NCBI GenBank assembly: GCA_965250085.1
Contig: OZ252287.1
Location: 448,001 to 512,000 of the forward strand
Length of the DNA: 64,000 nt
Direction of reading: 5' to 3'
DNA from: Candidatus Altimarinota bacterium
GTDB lineage: Bacteria > Patescibacteriota > Gracilibacteria > CAIRYL01
The position numbers and the translations under genes were made by a program. The notes beneath the pieces are model-generated. The model was given only the letters and a program-made list of their open reading frames with translations, searched no databases and was not told the DNA's origin. Positions within the stretch are counted from its first letter, which is position 1. Each line of letters begins with the position of its first letter. Below, piece after piece: positions 21,117 through 29,789 of the stretch.

Positions 21117-21593
21117 CTATGAGCTCCTTACCGCCTGCACAACTTTCACAATACTTGGATCAGCTGAGGATTCATCCTGAAGTTTCAATCTCTTCTCAAA
21201 TTCCTCAGGAGAAATTTTTATAAAAAATTCGGAGAGAACATCACTTATCCCAAAGGTATAAGGGAGATTATTTCCATTGTCTTCAAAAGCCTTGATGAGT
21301 CTTTCACGCCTTCCCGAGTCATCCTGAGACGTCATTGCGTCATCAGGAGAATCTTGAGCAGCAATTCTATAGATTTTATCATCTTCGGATTTTGTAAAAT
21401 GTATGTTCACAAAAGAAACCTTAAGATCTCCATCACCTGATTCCTGTACTTCCAAAAAAGCGAATGAAAAATTTTCTGGGAAAATTTCATCATTTGTTTG
21501 TTCATTAAGAGAACGAATAACAGATCTTGCCACTTTCTCAGCGTCTTCTGTTGAGGGCAGTTCCCGAGATTTCAGAGTGTCTGGAGAAGTCAT
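21117..21593 (-). CDS. Hypothetical protein
   Basis: Likely start MTSPDTL at 21593; upstream ORF extension overlaps cca and an AT-rich promoter region. Confidence 0.6.
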   Translation of the reverse strand: MTSPDTLKSRELPSTEDAEKVARSVIRSLNEQTNDEIFPENFSFAFLEVQESGDGDLKVSFVNIHFTKSEDDKIYRIAAQDSPDDAMTSQDDSGRRERLIKAFEDNGNNLPYTFGISDVLSEFFIKISPEEFEKRLKLQDESSADPSIVKVVQAVRSS

Positions 21594-21699
21594 ATGAGAA
21601 TTATTAAATTTTTCATAACTATATATATTTTTTAACATAAAAAATATATATTTGTCAAATATTTTACCTTTCCCGGTTTTCCCTATACACTTTTTGTAT

Positions 21700-23064
21700 A
21701 TGCAACAAACTGCTGTGCACATTGTAAAAATACTGCAAAAAGCAGGATATACTGCTTATTTTGCCGGTGGTGCTGTGCGCGATATTTTACTGGGAAATGA
21801 TCCAGTAGATATTGATATTGCCACCAGTGCCAAGCCGGATGAAATAGAACACCTTTTTGAAAAAACATTTTCTATCGGCAAGCATTTTGGCGTGATTTTG
21901 GTTGAAGAAAATGGACACCATTTTGAAATCGCCACATTTCGCTCAGACGCTGGATATAGTGATGGGAGAAGACCTGATGCCGTGCTTTTTACAAATGCTG
22001 AAGAAGATGCGTTGAGGCGTGATTTTACCATCAACGGAATGTTTTTTGATCCCATTGAAAAAAAAATTTATGACTTTGTTGGGGGGCAGAAAGACTTGGA
22101 TGGAGAAGTTTTACGATTTATCGGTGACGCAGAGCAAAGAATTCAGGAAGATCACCTGAGGATTTTGCGTGCCATACGATTTAAAAACAGGTTCCATCTC
22201 AGATTTGGGAAAAAAACGGAAGGAGCACTCAAAAGACATGCTTCTCTCATTGTAGGAGTCTCCGCCGAACGTGTGCGGGAAGAAATGACCAAGATGTTAC
22301 TTCATTCATCCAGAAAAAATGCTTTTGAAGATCTCCTTTTTCTCACTATTTTGGAACACATCATTCCTACATTTGCAGAGCTGAATAAAATCCCTCAGCC
22401 CAAAAACTACCATTCAGAAGGAGATGTTCTCACTCACAGCCTCTTGGTCATCAGTCAACTTCCAAAAAAAATAAATGCAGAACTTGCATGGTCAGCACTA
22501 CTCCATGACATTGGTAAAAAACAAGCATTTGTGAGAAAAAGCGACCGTATTCACTTCCCTCGTCATGCAGAGATGGGAGAAGAGATGGCAAAAAAGGTAC
22601 TGAGAAAATTAAAGTTTAGCAAATTTTCCGAAAGCAAAATCCGATGGCTCATCCGATATCATCACTTGTTTGATAGTTTTGATGAAATGAAATGGGTCAC
22701 CAAACTTCACTACTACGACCATCCGTTTTTTGAAGATTTGATGGAGCTCCATCGGGCTGACATGCTCGGATGCGTCCCTCTTGACCCCCATTTTCATGTT
22801 CGTGGACTCCAACATCTCAAACAAATCCGAGAAGAATATGAAAAAGCAGAGTTTGAAAACTTGCTTCCTTCGGCCCAAGAGGAATTCCTCACGGGAGAAG
22901 AAATCATGAAGATCTTGGACCTCAAGCCGGGAAAAAAAGTGGGAGAGATCAAATCTGCCCTGAGAGATGCACAACTCGATGGCGAGGTGAGGAGTAAAAA
23001 AGAGGCGGAGGAATGGATACGAGGAAAAAGTATGAAGAAAATACTTGACAAAAATATATTTTAG
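21700..23064 (+). CDS. cca: CCA tRNA nucleotidyltransferase with HD domain
   Basis: AGGAVRD, DIDIAT, EDALRRDFTINGM, EDHLRILRAIRF, LLHDIGK. Confidence 0.93.
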   Translation: MQQTAVHIVKILQKAGYTAYFAGGAVRDILLGNDPVDIDIATSAKPDEIEHLFEKTFSIGKHFGVILVEENGHHFEIATFRSDAGYSDGRRPDAVLFTNAEEDALRRDFTINGMFFDPIEKKIYDFVGGQKDLDGEVLRFIGDAEQRIQEDHLRILRAIRFKNRFHLRFGKKTEGALKRHASLIVGVSAERVREEMTKMLLHSSRKNAFEDLLFLTILEHIIPTFAELNKIPQPKNYHSEGDVLTHSLLVISQLPKKINAELAWSALLHDIGKKQAFVRKSDRIHFPRHAEMGEEMAKKVLRKLKFSKFSESKIRWLIRYHHLFDSFDEMKWVTKLHYYDHPFFEDLMELHRADMLGCVPLDPHFHVRGLQHLKQIREEYEKAEFENLLPSAQEEFLTGEEIMKILDLKPGKKVGEIKSALRDAQLDGEVRSKKEAEEWIRGKSMKKILDKNIF

Positions 23065-23105
23065 TATTATGGTGACATACTTCTTGTTTTTAACCCCTTC
23101 ACAAG

Positions 23106-24023
23106 ATGACAGAAAATACACCAGAAAATCCTTTATTATCTCAAAGAGAAGAAAGCTCTCCAAGTGACGGATCTCCAGAAGAACATGATTCTCATAGAAA
23201 GCTTTCCCGATTGAAGCAGTTTTTTCACTTGAAATCTTTCTTGCTCTTAGCTTTCTTATCAGCTGGAGCAGTAGATTACATTGAAAGAAGGACAGATAAG
23301 ATCGCCATAACGACGGTCCTACCCCAGATACAAGATCTCCTAGACGAGAGACCAGATTTTCAATTCGATAATACAGTACCTATAAGTGGTCGAATTAATA
23401 ATCTCCGACCAGGATACTTCGGTCCTTATGTATTATCTAATCCATCTCTCGAGTACAATTCTGGCACTAATGAATATGTTCTGGAATATGGGTTCGCACG
23501 TCCTAAGGATTTTAATTACCCTCATGATGATCCTAATTACTCTTATTATGATGATCTTAATCACCCTTATATTGGTAATGTTGATATTAAAACTATTCAA
23601 ATTCGAAAAAAGCGAGATGTTAATACTGTTTTATCTACAATGAAAACCCCTGAGGCTGTGGTAGATGAGATTCTATCGGAAATGATGACGGAAGATGGCA
23701 ATGGCACCTTTAAAAAGGGATATTTTATTGATCATGGGGCTTATTCAGAGATAGAAACAGAATACGATCAAATCGCCAATGAAAGAGTCTTACCACGAGT
23801 AAGAGATCTACTTCGACTAAATAATGAAGTACGTGGATCGATTTCCTATTATGATTCTGAGACTAATGAATATGCGCTATTCTATAGTGATTCTTCTGGA
23901 TCTGATCTTAAGGTTCGAACTGGTCGGGATAATAATGACGATTCATTCCCAGAGATGAAAACCCCTGACGCTGTGGTAGATGAATTTCTATCGGAAACGA
24001 TGAATCAAGGATCAGGCACTTAA
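23106..24023 (+). CDS. Hypothetical single-TM protein with internal repeats, paralog of 17659-18738
   Basis: 305 aa; repeated MKTP.AVVDE.LSE.M at 23640 and 23955; ERVLP..YYDSETNEY..KVR..RD resembles repeat unit of 17659-18738. Confidence 0.75.
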   Translation: MTENTPENPLLSQREESSPSDGSPEEHDSHRKLSRLKQFFHLKSFLLLAFLSAGAVDYIERRTDKIAITTVLPQIQDLLDERPDFQFDNTVPISGRINNLRPGYFGPYVLSNPSLEYNSGTNEYVLEYGFARPKDFNYPHDDPNYSYYDDLNHPYIGNVDIKTIQIRKKRDVNTVLSTMKTPEAVVDEILSEMMTEDGNGTFKKGYFIDHGAYSEIETEYDQIANERVLPRVRDLLRLNNEVRGSISYYDSETNEYALFYSDSSGSDLKVRTGRDNNDDSFPEMKTPDAVVDEFLSETMNQGSGT

Positions 24024-24041
24024 AAAGGGGTATTTTATTAA

Positions 24042-24751
24042 GGCTCTAGAGTAGGAGATTTTAAAAATCTCTGATAATTTTGGACATTATAACAAAAATA
24101 TCTTGATCTTTATAGTTCCATCGCCACTCACATTCTTTGAGGTGAAAGTTAAACTTGTGAGAAGCAATTCCGTTAAACTTAGAGAGTCTTCTTTTCGCAA
24201 AAGACCAAAAGGATTCAATACCATTTACATGACATTTTCCTCGTGCAAATTCATTTTCTGAGTGATGAATACGATAGTGATCATATCCATTGAGAATGAG
24301 TCCATCATAAGCTCTCCATCCATCAGTATGAATAGTTGATCCTTCTAGTATTTTTCCTTGAATAATAGGTAGGAGCTCTTTTCTGGAGCAATCTTTTACA
24401 ATAGAAACAAATACCCTTCCTTCTCTTTGAAGGATTCCAAAGACAGGAGTCTTTCCTGCGGCTCCTCTTCCTCTCTTTCCTCTCATTCTCTTTGCTCCAA
24501 AGTAACTTTCATCAAGTTCAAATTCTCCAAAACTCTTTGACTGTGCTAAAGAGAACTTTGCAATCTTTTCTCTAAAAATATTAAAATATCGATCAACCGT
24601 TCTCCGATTGAGATCTAGAATATTTGCTGTTTTTGATGCATTGAGATCTTCACAAAAACACTTCAATATTTTTTTGATCTTATAATTCGATATTTTACTG
24701 TGTTTAAGCATGTTAAGAGAATAATTGAAGTAATTATTCTACTCAAGAGCC
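24042..24751. mobile_element. IS1595-family insertion sequence (IS1016-like, 710 bp)
   Basis: TIRs GGCTCTAGAGTAGGA / GGCTCTTGAGTAGAA; 8-bp TSD TTTATTAA at 24034-24041 and 24752-24759. Confidence 0.93.
24061..24711 (-). CDS. IS1595-family DDE transposase
   Basis: ELDESYFG, GKRGRGAAGK, IHTDGWRAY, HVNGIESFWS, LKECEWR. Confidence 0.96.
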   Translation of the reverse strand: MLKHSKISNYKIKKILKCFCEDLNASKTANILDLNRRTVDRYFNIFREKIAKFSLAQSKSFGEFELDESYFGAKRMRGKRGRGAAGKTPVFGILQREGRVFVSIVKDCSRKELLPIIQGKILEGSTIHTDGWRAYDGLILNGYDHYRIHHSENEFARGKCHVNGIESFWSFAKRRLSKFNGIASHKFNFHLKECEWRWNYKDQDIFVIMSKIIRDF

Positions 24752-24846
24752 TTTATTAATTATGGGTTAGATCAAGAATAAAGAAGCAGATACAAGAAAA
24801 TTACGAATTACGAGATAGGAATTCGATTCATAAAATTCTTTTTATA

Positions 24847-24875
24847 GTAGGAACGTAGCAGTGCTACGTTCGTAC
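24847..24875. repeat. GTAG-type REP palindrome
   Basis: gtaggaacgtagcagtgctacgttcgtac. Confidence 0.75.
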
Positions 24876-24885
24876 GAATTCCATA

Positions 24886-26565
24886 CTAACATGACACCGC
24901 CTGCCCAGTATCTGCATCAATAATATTTCCCGCCGCGTCATACATAGAGTTCCCATCTGCATCGATCTTGTGAGTCCCGCTAATGCTTCCGCCTTCTGGA
25001 CAAATGATTAAATAGGGAGGACCGATGCGGATCATCATAGCTCCCTCTCCTCCTTCGCACGGACATTTCTCCAGTTCTTTTTCAATGTCTGCCATTTCTT
25101 CTTGGAGTTCCTCGAGATCCTCTTTGAGCTTACGAATTTTTTCCCGCAATTTGGATGAAGACTCACGTGTCTTCCAAAACTCTTTGAGGGCGTCTGTCAT
25201 TCGTTCTGCAGCAGCTTCATCTGGACAGAAAAACTCTCGGTCTTGACTGCTCACTTTTCCGGTAGATTGTCCGTCTTGCACATCTCCGCCAGGGTTTTGA
25301 CCGGGATCACATCCGGCTTCGGCAATAAGTGCATCCAGATCAGTATTGAGCTCATCCTCACCACCTTCCGCATTTGCCAGCTCTTGTTCAGCGGCAGTAA
25401 CCTCACCTTCCAATATCACTTCCTCAGCCTGAAGTTCAATAAATTTCTGCCCGAGTCCAAAGCAATCAGGACATTCATCTCCCGATACCTTCTCTTCCTT
25501 TTTCTCTTTTTTCTTTTCGTCATCATCACCATCTCCGTCTCCATCTCCATCCCCGTCCCCGTCACCTGATGGCGCCGGTTTGCACTCCATCTCTCGTATA
25601 AGCCGAAAATCCGTATCATCACCCACAAACATTCCGGTCTTTTTGGTAATTTTGATCGGCGCTTGATCTGGCTCTTCAAGACGAATACCTGAGCTCGGTC
25701 TATCAGTTGTCATTTCAGCTTTGACACCTATGATGATTTCATGAACAAATTTTACTTTCCCGGGTTTCACGCAGGTAAATTGCCCGACATAAACATGTTT
25801 GTTTTTTGCAGGATCAGATATCAACCCATTGGGTCCAAGTGGTGGAGCAGATACATCTGTCTTTTTGGGAGCTGATGCGATCTCATCGGGACTCACGATT
25901 CCGTTGGGAAAGGCAGTAAGCTCCCCCTTAATATTCCATGGATCAGGCCGTGAAATCGTGACACGAGTGGTTCCCTGTACATCGGGACCAAAGGTCACAT
26001 TTGGTCCTCCTACTATTTCAATTATCTGAGTAGTTTGGGTTTTGGTGGTGGTGGTAGTTACGTCAAATTGCTCTCCTATAAGCGCTTCGGCTGGGTGGAT
26101 CATTTCGGCTTCAAAGGTATCTTCTGTGATGATCAATCGACTAAAGTGTGACATCTCTCCTCGTATTACCACTTCTTTCCCTGATGCATCGGGTTCTACC
26201 GCCACACTCACTTTTTCCAACACCCCATTTGAGAGATGATATACCGCTGGAACCGCATTTGGATTAGGAAGTGTAGTAGTCACAGCAAATTCTGCCGGCT
26301 GAGAAAAAGTGAGTCCATTTGGCTCAAAATTATAAATGGCGAGAGCCGGTACGTCATTGAGTGTCACGGTGAGATCTTGATCTGCACGAGAAATAGAAAC
26401 ATCTTCCATTCTCACATCTTCCGGGAGAATCTTCTCCTCCATATTCAGTTTCACCTGATGGTCATCAGAGAGGATCGTATTTCCTGTTTTTCGCATCGAC
26501 ATCACTCCAAAAATAAGAGCGATAAGCACTACAAGACCAACAATAACAAGAAGTATTTTTTTCAT
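24886..26565 (-). CDS. Membrane-anchored surface protein (ZU5-like module, GD repeat, Cys-flanked coiled coil)
   Basis: Start MKKILLV plus TM; YNFEPNGLTFSQPA..EMSHFS; (GD)n tract; coiled-coil C-terminus. Confidence 0.75.
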   Translation of the reverse strand: MKKILLVIVGLVVLIALIFGVMSMRKTGNTILSDDHQVKLNMEEKILPEDVRMEDVSISRADQDLTVTLNDVPALAIYNFEPNGLTFSQPAEFAVTTTLPNPNAVPAVYHLSNGVLEKVSVAVEPDASGKEVVIRGEMSHFSRLIITEDTFEAEMIHPAEALIGEQFDVTTTTTKTQTTQIIEIVGGPNVTFGPDVQGTTRVTISRPDPWNIKGELTAFPNGIVSPDEIASAPKKTDVSAPPLGPNGLISDPAKNKHVYVGQFTCVKPGKVKFVHEIIIGVKAEMTTDRPSSGIRLEEPDQAPIKITKKTGMFVGDDTDFRLIREMECKPAPSGDGDGDGDGDGDGDDDEKKKEKKEEKVSGDECPDCFGLGQKFIELQAEEVILEGEVTAAEQELANAEGGEDELNTDLDALIAEAGCDPGQNPGGDVQDGQSTGKVSSQDREFFCPDEAAAERMTDALKEFWKTRESSSKLREKIRKLKEDLEELQEEMADIEKELEKCPCEGGEGAMMIRIGPPYLIICPEGGSISGTHKIDADGNSMYDAAGNIIDADTGQAVSC

Positions 26566-26647
26566 AAGGGGAAATAAGAAGCCTATAATGCGCAATTGTC
26601 TCCTCTGTAAGAGAAAATTGCAAATTTTATTTCTCTTTTGGAGCCAA

Positions 26648-26731
26648 TTACCAAGCCGATCCCTTTGTTAACACCGCTACAATAATCATAAGAGATATCA
26701 ATGCATAGAGCGCATTAATCACGAACAGATA
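26648..26731 (-). pseudogene. 3'-end remnant of a DUF1761 gene (diverged copy of 27450-27533)
   Basis: ttaccaagccgatccctttgttaacaccgc vs ttaccaagctgacccttttgttaacaccgc; encodes YLFVINALYAL..VLTKGSAW. Confidence 0.85.
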
Positions 26732-26941
26732 CGAGAAGAATATGAAAAAGCAGAGTTTGAAAACTTGCTCCCTTCAGCCCAATAGGAATTCCTCACGGGA
26801 GAAGAAATTATGAACATTCTGGACTTAAAGCCGGGAAAAAAAGTAGGAGAAATAAAATCTGCTTTGAGAGATGCACAGCTGGGAGGTGAAGTAAAAACGA
26901 AGAAAGAAGCGAAAAAGTGGACACAGAAGAGCTTTGGATAA
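26724..26941 (+). pseudogene. 3'-end remnant of cca (diverged copy of about 22820-23020) with internal TAG
   Basis: REEYEKAEFENLLPSAQ*EFLTGEEIM..; mostly synonymous differences; TAG at 26783-26785. Confidence 0.9.
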
Positions 26942-27015
26942 AAGCCTTAGTAGAATCTCTTGACATATATATATATATAGACTAGTGTAACTCCTCTACT
27001 TTCTATTATATTTTT

Positions 27016-27258
27016 ATGAGAAATCCATCAGAATTACAAGCTGCAGCGACAGCTGCACACGATGCAGGGGATTATGACGTGGTAAGACTCCCAAGCGGAC
27101 CATTGCAAGGAGGAGCAATATCAACGAGAGATTATATTACTCTAGTTGCAAGAGGAAAAGTAGATTGCGTTTTTGGTATGCCTCCCACTTACATTAAATT
27201 TCACGATACAGATCTTGGTGCAGGAATCAGAAAAATGTTTTTGAAAACCGTACGCTAA
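27016..27258 (+). CDS. Small hypothetical protein
   Basis: 80 aa ORF preceded by TTGACA-N17-TAGTGT. Confidence 0.55.
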   Translation: MRNPSELQAAATAAHDAGDYDVVRLPSGPLQGGAISTRDYITLVARGKVDCVFGMPPTYIKFHDTDLGAGIRKMFLKTVR

Positions 27259-27449
27259 AAGGTAAATAGATTGTACTGAATGCAGTCGAAGTATACTTTC
27301 ACTAGCGCGCGTTTGTAACCTTTGTTGGTCCAAGGTTGTACCTTGAACCTTAACGTTTTTTATTGTATCCATCTTAAAAAAAAGGTTTGGAGCTGTATTC
27401 TGAAGCTTTTCTTTACGAACTTTATAAACTTTCTACTTTCAACTCAACT

Positions 27450-27872
27450 TTACCAAGCTGACCCTTTTGTTAACACCGCCACAATAATCATCATCGCCAC
27501 TAATGCGTACAAAGCATTGATTACAAACAAGTATGGAGATTTTTTCTCCCAGAGCACCGCTCCCAAATAAATGGGAGCCTGAATCCCAAGCCAAATCAGA
27601 ACTCCGTAAATAAAGCTCTCCTCTAAAGATGGTGGATTCAAAAATCCAAATATCATTGCCAAGATATATATCGATATGATTTGGACAAGGAGTCCAAAAA
27701 ACAAACCCTTCATCGCTTCTCCGACGCCGGGATTTTCTTTATTCATTCCAGTGAATCTCATCCATTGTTTTCCAAACAAAAGTGGAGAATACCAGATCCA
27801 TCCCAGAAGCATCGTGAGAATCGATGCGATAAGAACACGAACCAAATCAATGTCAGAACTGAGAAAATCCAT
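27450..27872 (-). CDS. DUF1761 family membrane protein
   Basis: LGWIWYSPLLFGKQWM motif, 4 TM. Confidence 0.88.
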   Translation of the reverse strand: MDFLSSDIDLVRVLIASILTMLLGWIWYSPLLFGKQWMRFTGMNKENPGVGEAMKGLFFGLLVQIISIYILAMIFGFLNPPSLEESFIYGVLIWLGIQAPIYLGAVLWEKKSPYLFVINALYALVAMMIIVAVLTKGSAW

Positions 27873-27934
27873 CGGAAAGAGAAAAAGGGAAACAATGTAA
27901 ATATACTCCTTTTATTTTTAACTCGGAAGAATAA

Positions 27935-27966
27935 AAAGATCCCCACTCTTGAGAATGGGGATCTTT
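27935..27966 (-). terminator. Intrinsic terminator-like hairpin
   Basis: aaagatcccca-ctcttgaga-atggggatcttt, U-tract on the minus strand after the SLH gene. Confidence 0.75.
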
Positions 27967-27988
27967 AATTTCACGAAAAGAAAATATT

Positions 27989-29626
27989 TTATATCTTTCC
28001 AAGTTGACTGAGCTTGTAGAGCACTTTTGCCACTTCTCCTCTTGTCACCAATTGTGTGGGATACAAGCTGTTTCCGACAAACAGAGAATTGTCATAAGAG
28101 TACTTCCCGTAGCCAAAATACCACTGGCTGGTATCAGAAGCATCATTATACGATGTCCCTGCCGCTGGCATATCGTCACTTACATTTCGGAGGATCAGGG
28201 CAAGGAATTCAATACGATTGACACTGCGTGCTGGACGATACAACCCCGCATCAGCTCCAGACTGGTATCCAGTAATCATTTCCAGATCGACTCCTCTGCA
28301 GATATATTGTTGTGACCACGCACTTCCCGTGACATCTGGGAATGGATTCCCATCACAGTAATCTTGGTTTTCATCAAAAAGTCCAAATGCTTCGAGTGAT
28401 ATTTTGGCGATTTGATCACGTTGCAAAATTTCACCTGGACCAAATGTCCCGTCTCCATATCCCGTCATAGCACCAATGCTCTGCACATATTCGAGCGCAT
28501 CACAATCAGGATGATCAGCTGGAACATCAGTAAATTCTGCGCATGTATCATCATTTATTAGCTCTGGCTCTGGCTCTTCATCGGAAGCCATGACTTCTAC
28601 TGTCACTTTGTCTTCGTCTGTTCCAGCATCGTTTTCTACCATGACATGAACCGTATATTCACTATTTGGCACGGTGCTTCCTCCAGATTCTTCTCCATCC
28701 CAGACAGCATTTACTGTTCCTGCCGAAGTTGCTTCTGCATCTTTGAGCTTTCGAACTTCAACTTCATTTTCATTGAGGACAGAAATGGTAACATCAGCGT
28801 CATTGCTCAGGTCAAAAGTTACGGTAGTGGTGTCTTGATTCCCATCATCATCTGGTGAAAAAGGGTCTATTGTCATTCCCAAATCAGAAAGAGCAGGAGC
28901 TTCATCGGTAGTAACGGTCACTGTTCCTGTGGCAAGATCATTAGTATTCGCATCTCCTCCACAATATCCAGAATCGGCATACATCCTCCAGTCGTAATCC
29001 CCTTCTGCCGCCGCACCACCCCCCAGATCTCCATTCCAACTGGCAGTATGGTCTCCTGTGTTGAGGGGCCCATAAAACTCAATAAGCTCTCCGTCTACAC
29101 GCAATACAATACAAGCTGGCACTACTGTCTCCAGTGAAAAATCAATTTCATAGTCATTTCCACTGGTAATGGAATAGACTGTGGGGGCGTCATTTACCGT
29201 AATGTTTGATTCTTCCGTCACTTCAAACTCATGCATCAGTACATTGGTATCATTCGCAAACAGATCTGTACCCTGTATACGAAGTTCGTATGTGCCGGGC
29301 AAAGGATATCCTCCGGCAAACATTCCATCCCAACCAAATGTTTTTTGATCATTGGCGATTACCCAGTGACTATCGATTTCAAATTCCATCTCGGTAATAT
29401 GTCCCAGCGGACCTTTTACAAAAAAGTCCATGTCTACATCTTCTCCTTGGATTTCGCTAAGGTCATAGACAACGTCATACATTCCTCCTTCGTACACGTT
29501 GTATTCTGTTGCCGGAGTGGGATTGAAGGTGATCGTTGGCGGCTCTGCGAAGACAAGCGATGAGAAGAGGAAAGATCCAAATAAAAAGAACGCAAAATAC
29601 AAAAAACGAGTCATGTATTGATTCAT
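27989..29626 (-). CDS. S-layer homology protein with FlgD-Ig-like domains
   Basis: Signal peptide, WDG motifs and FSPDDDGNQD (FlgD_ig-like), three C-terminal SLH repeats; start placed at MNQYMTRF. Confidence 0.85.
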   Translation of the reverse strand: MNQYMTRFLYFAFFLFGSFLFSSLVFAEPPTITFNPTPATEYNVYEGGMYDVVYDLSEIQGEDVDMDFFVKGPLGHITEMEFEIDSHWVIANDQKTFGWDGMFAGGYPLPGTYELRIQGTDLFANDTNVLMHEFEVTEESNITVNDAPTVYSITSGNDYEIDFSLETVVPACIVLRVDGELIEFYGPLNTGDHTASWNGDLGGGAAAEGDYDWRMYADSGYCGGDANTNDLATGTVTVTTDEAPALSDLGMTIDPFSPDDDGNQDTTTVTFDLSNDADVTISVLNENEVEVRKLKDAEATSAGTVNAVWDGEESGGSTVPNSEYTVHVMVENDAGTDEDKVTVEVMASDEEPEPELINDDTCAEFTDVPADHPDCDALEYVQSIGAMTGYGDGTFGPGEILQRDQIAKISLEAFGLFDENQDYCDGNPFPDVTGSAWSQQYICRGVDLEMITGYQSGADAGLYRPARSVNRIEFLALILRNVSDDMPAAGTSYNDASDTSQWYFGYGKYSYDNSLFVGNSLYPTQLVTRGEVAKVLYKLSQLGKI

Positions 29627-29789
29627 GAGAAAACGGGTAAAAGGGAAAATGTGTCTCCAATTTAACTCTCTCTGTCCAGAGAAATCAATAAAAAATACTT
29701 CCGCACCTTTCTCTTTTTTTACAAAGAACTTATCTTGCTCGCAGAAATAAAAAAATGTACAGTTCTCGAGCCTCTTTTTCGTGGCATCA

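Noticed and set aside
18357-23643. Hydrophobic small ORFs 18357-18590 and 23386-23643 as membrane peptides
   Set aside because: They are frame-shifted shadows of the NNT-rich segments: T falls at codon position 2.
25515-25570. (GD)n repeat as a contingency locus
   Set aside because: Codons are varied and in frame; an ordinary low-complexity linker.
22820-26941. cca duplicate as a DGR template/variable repeat pair
   Set aside because: Differences are mostly synonymous third-position changes involving all bases, not adenine-specific.
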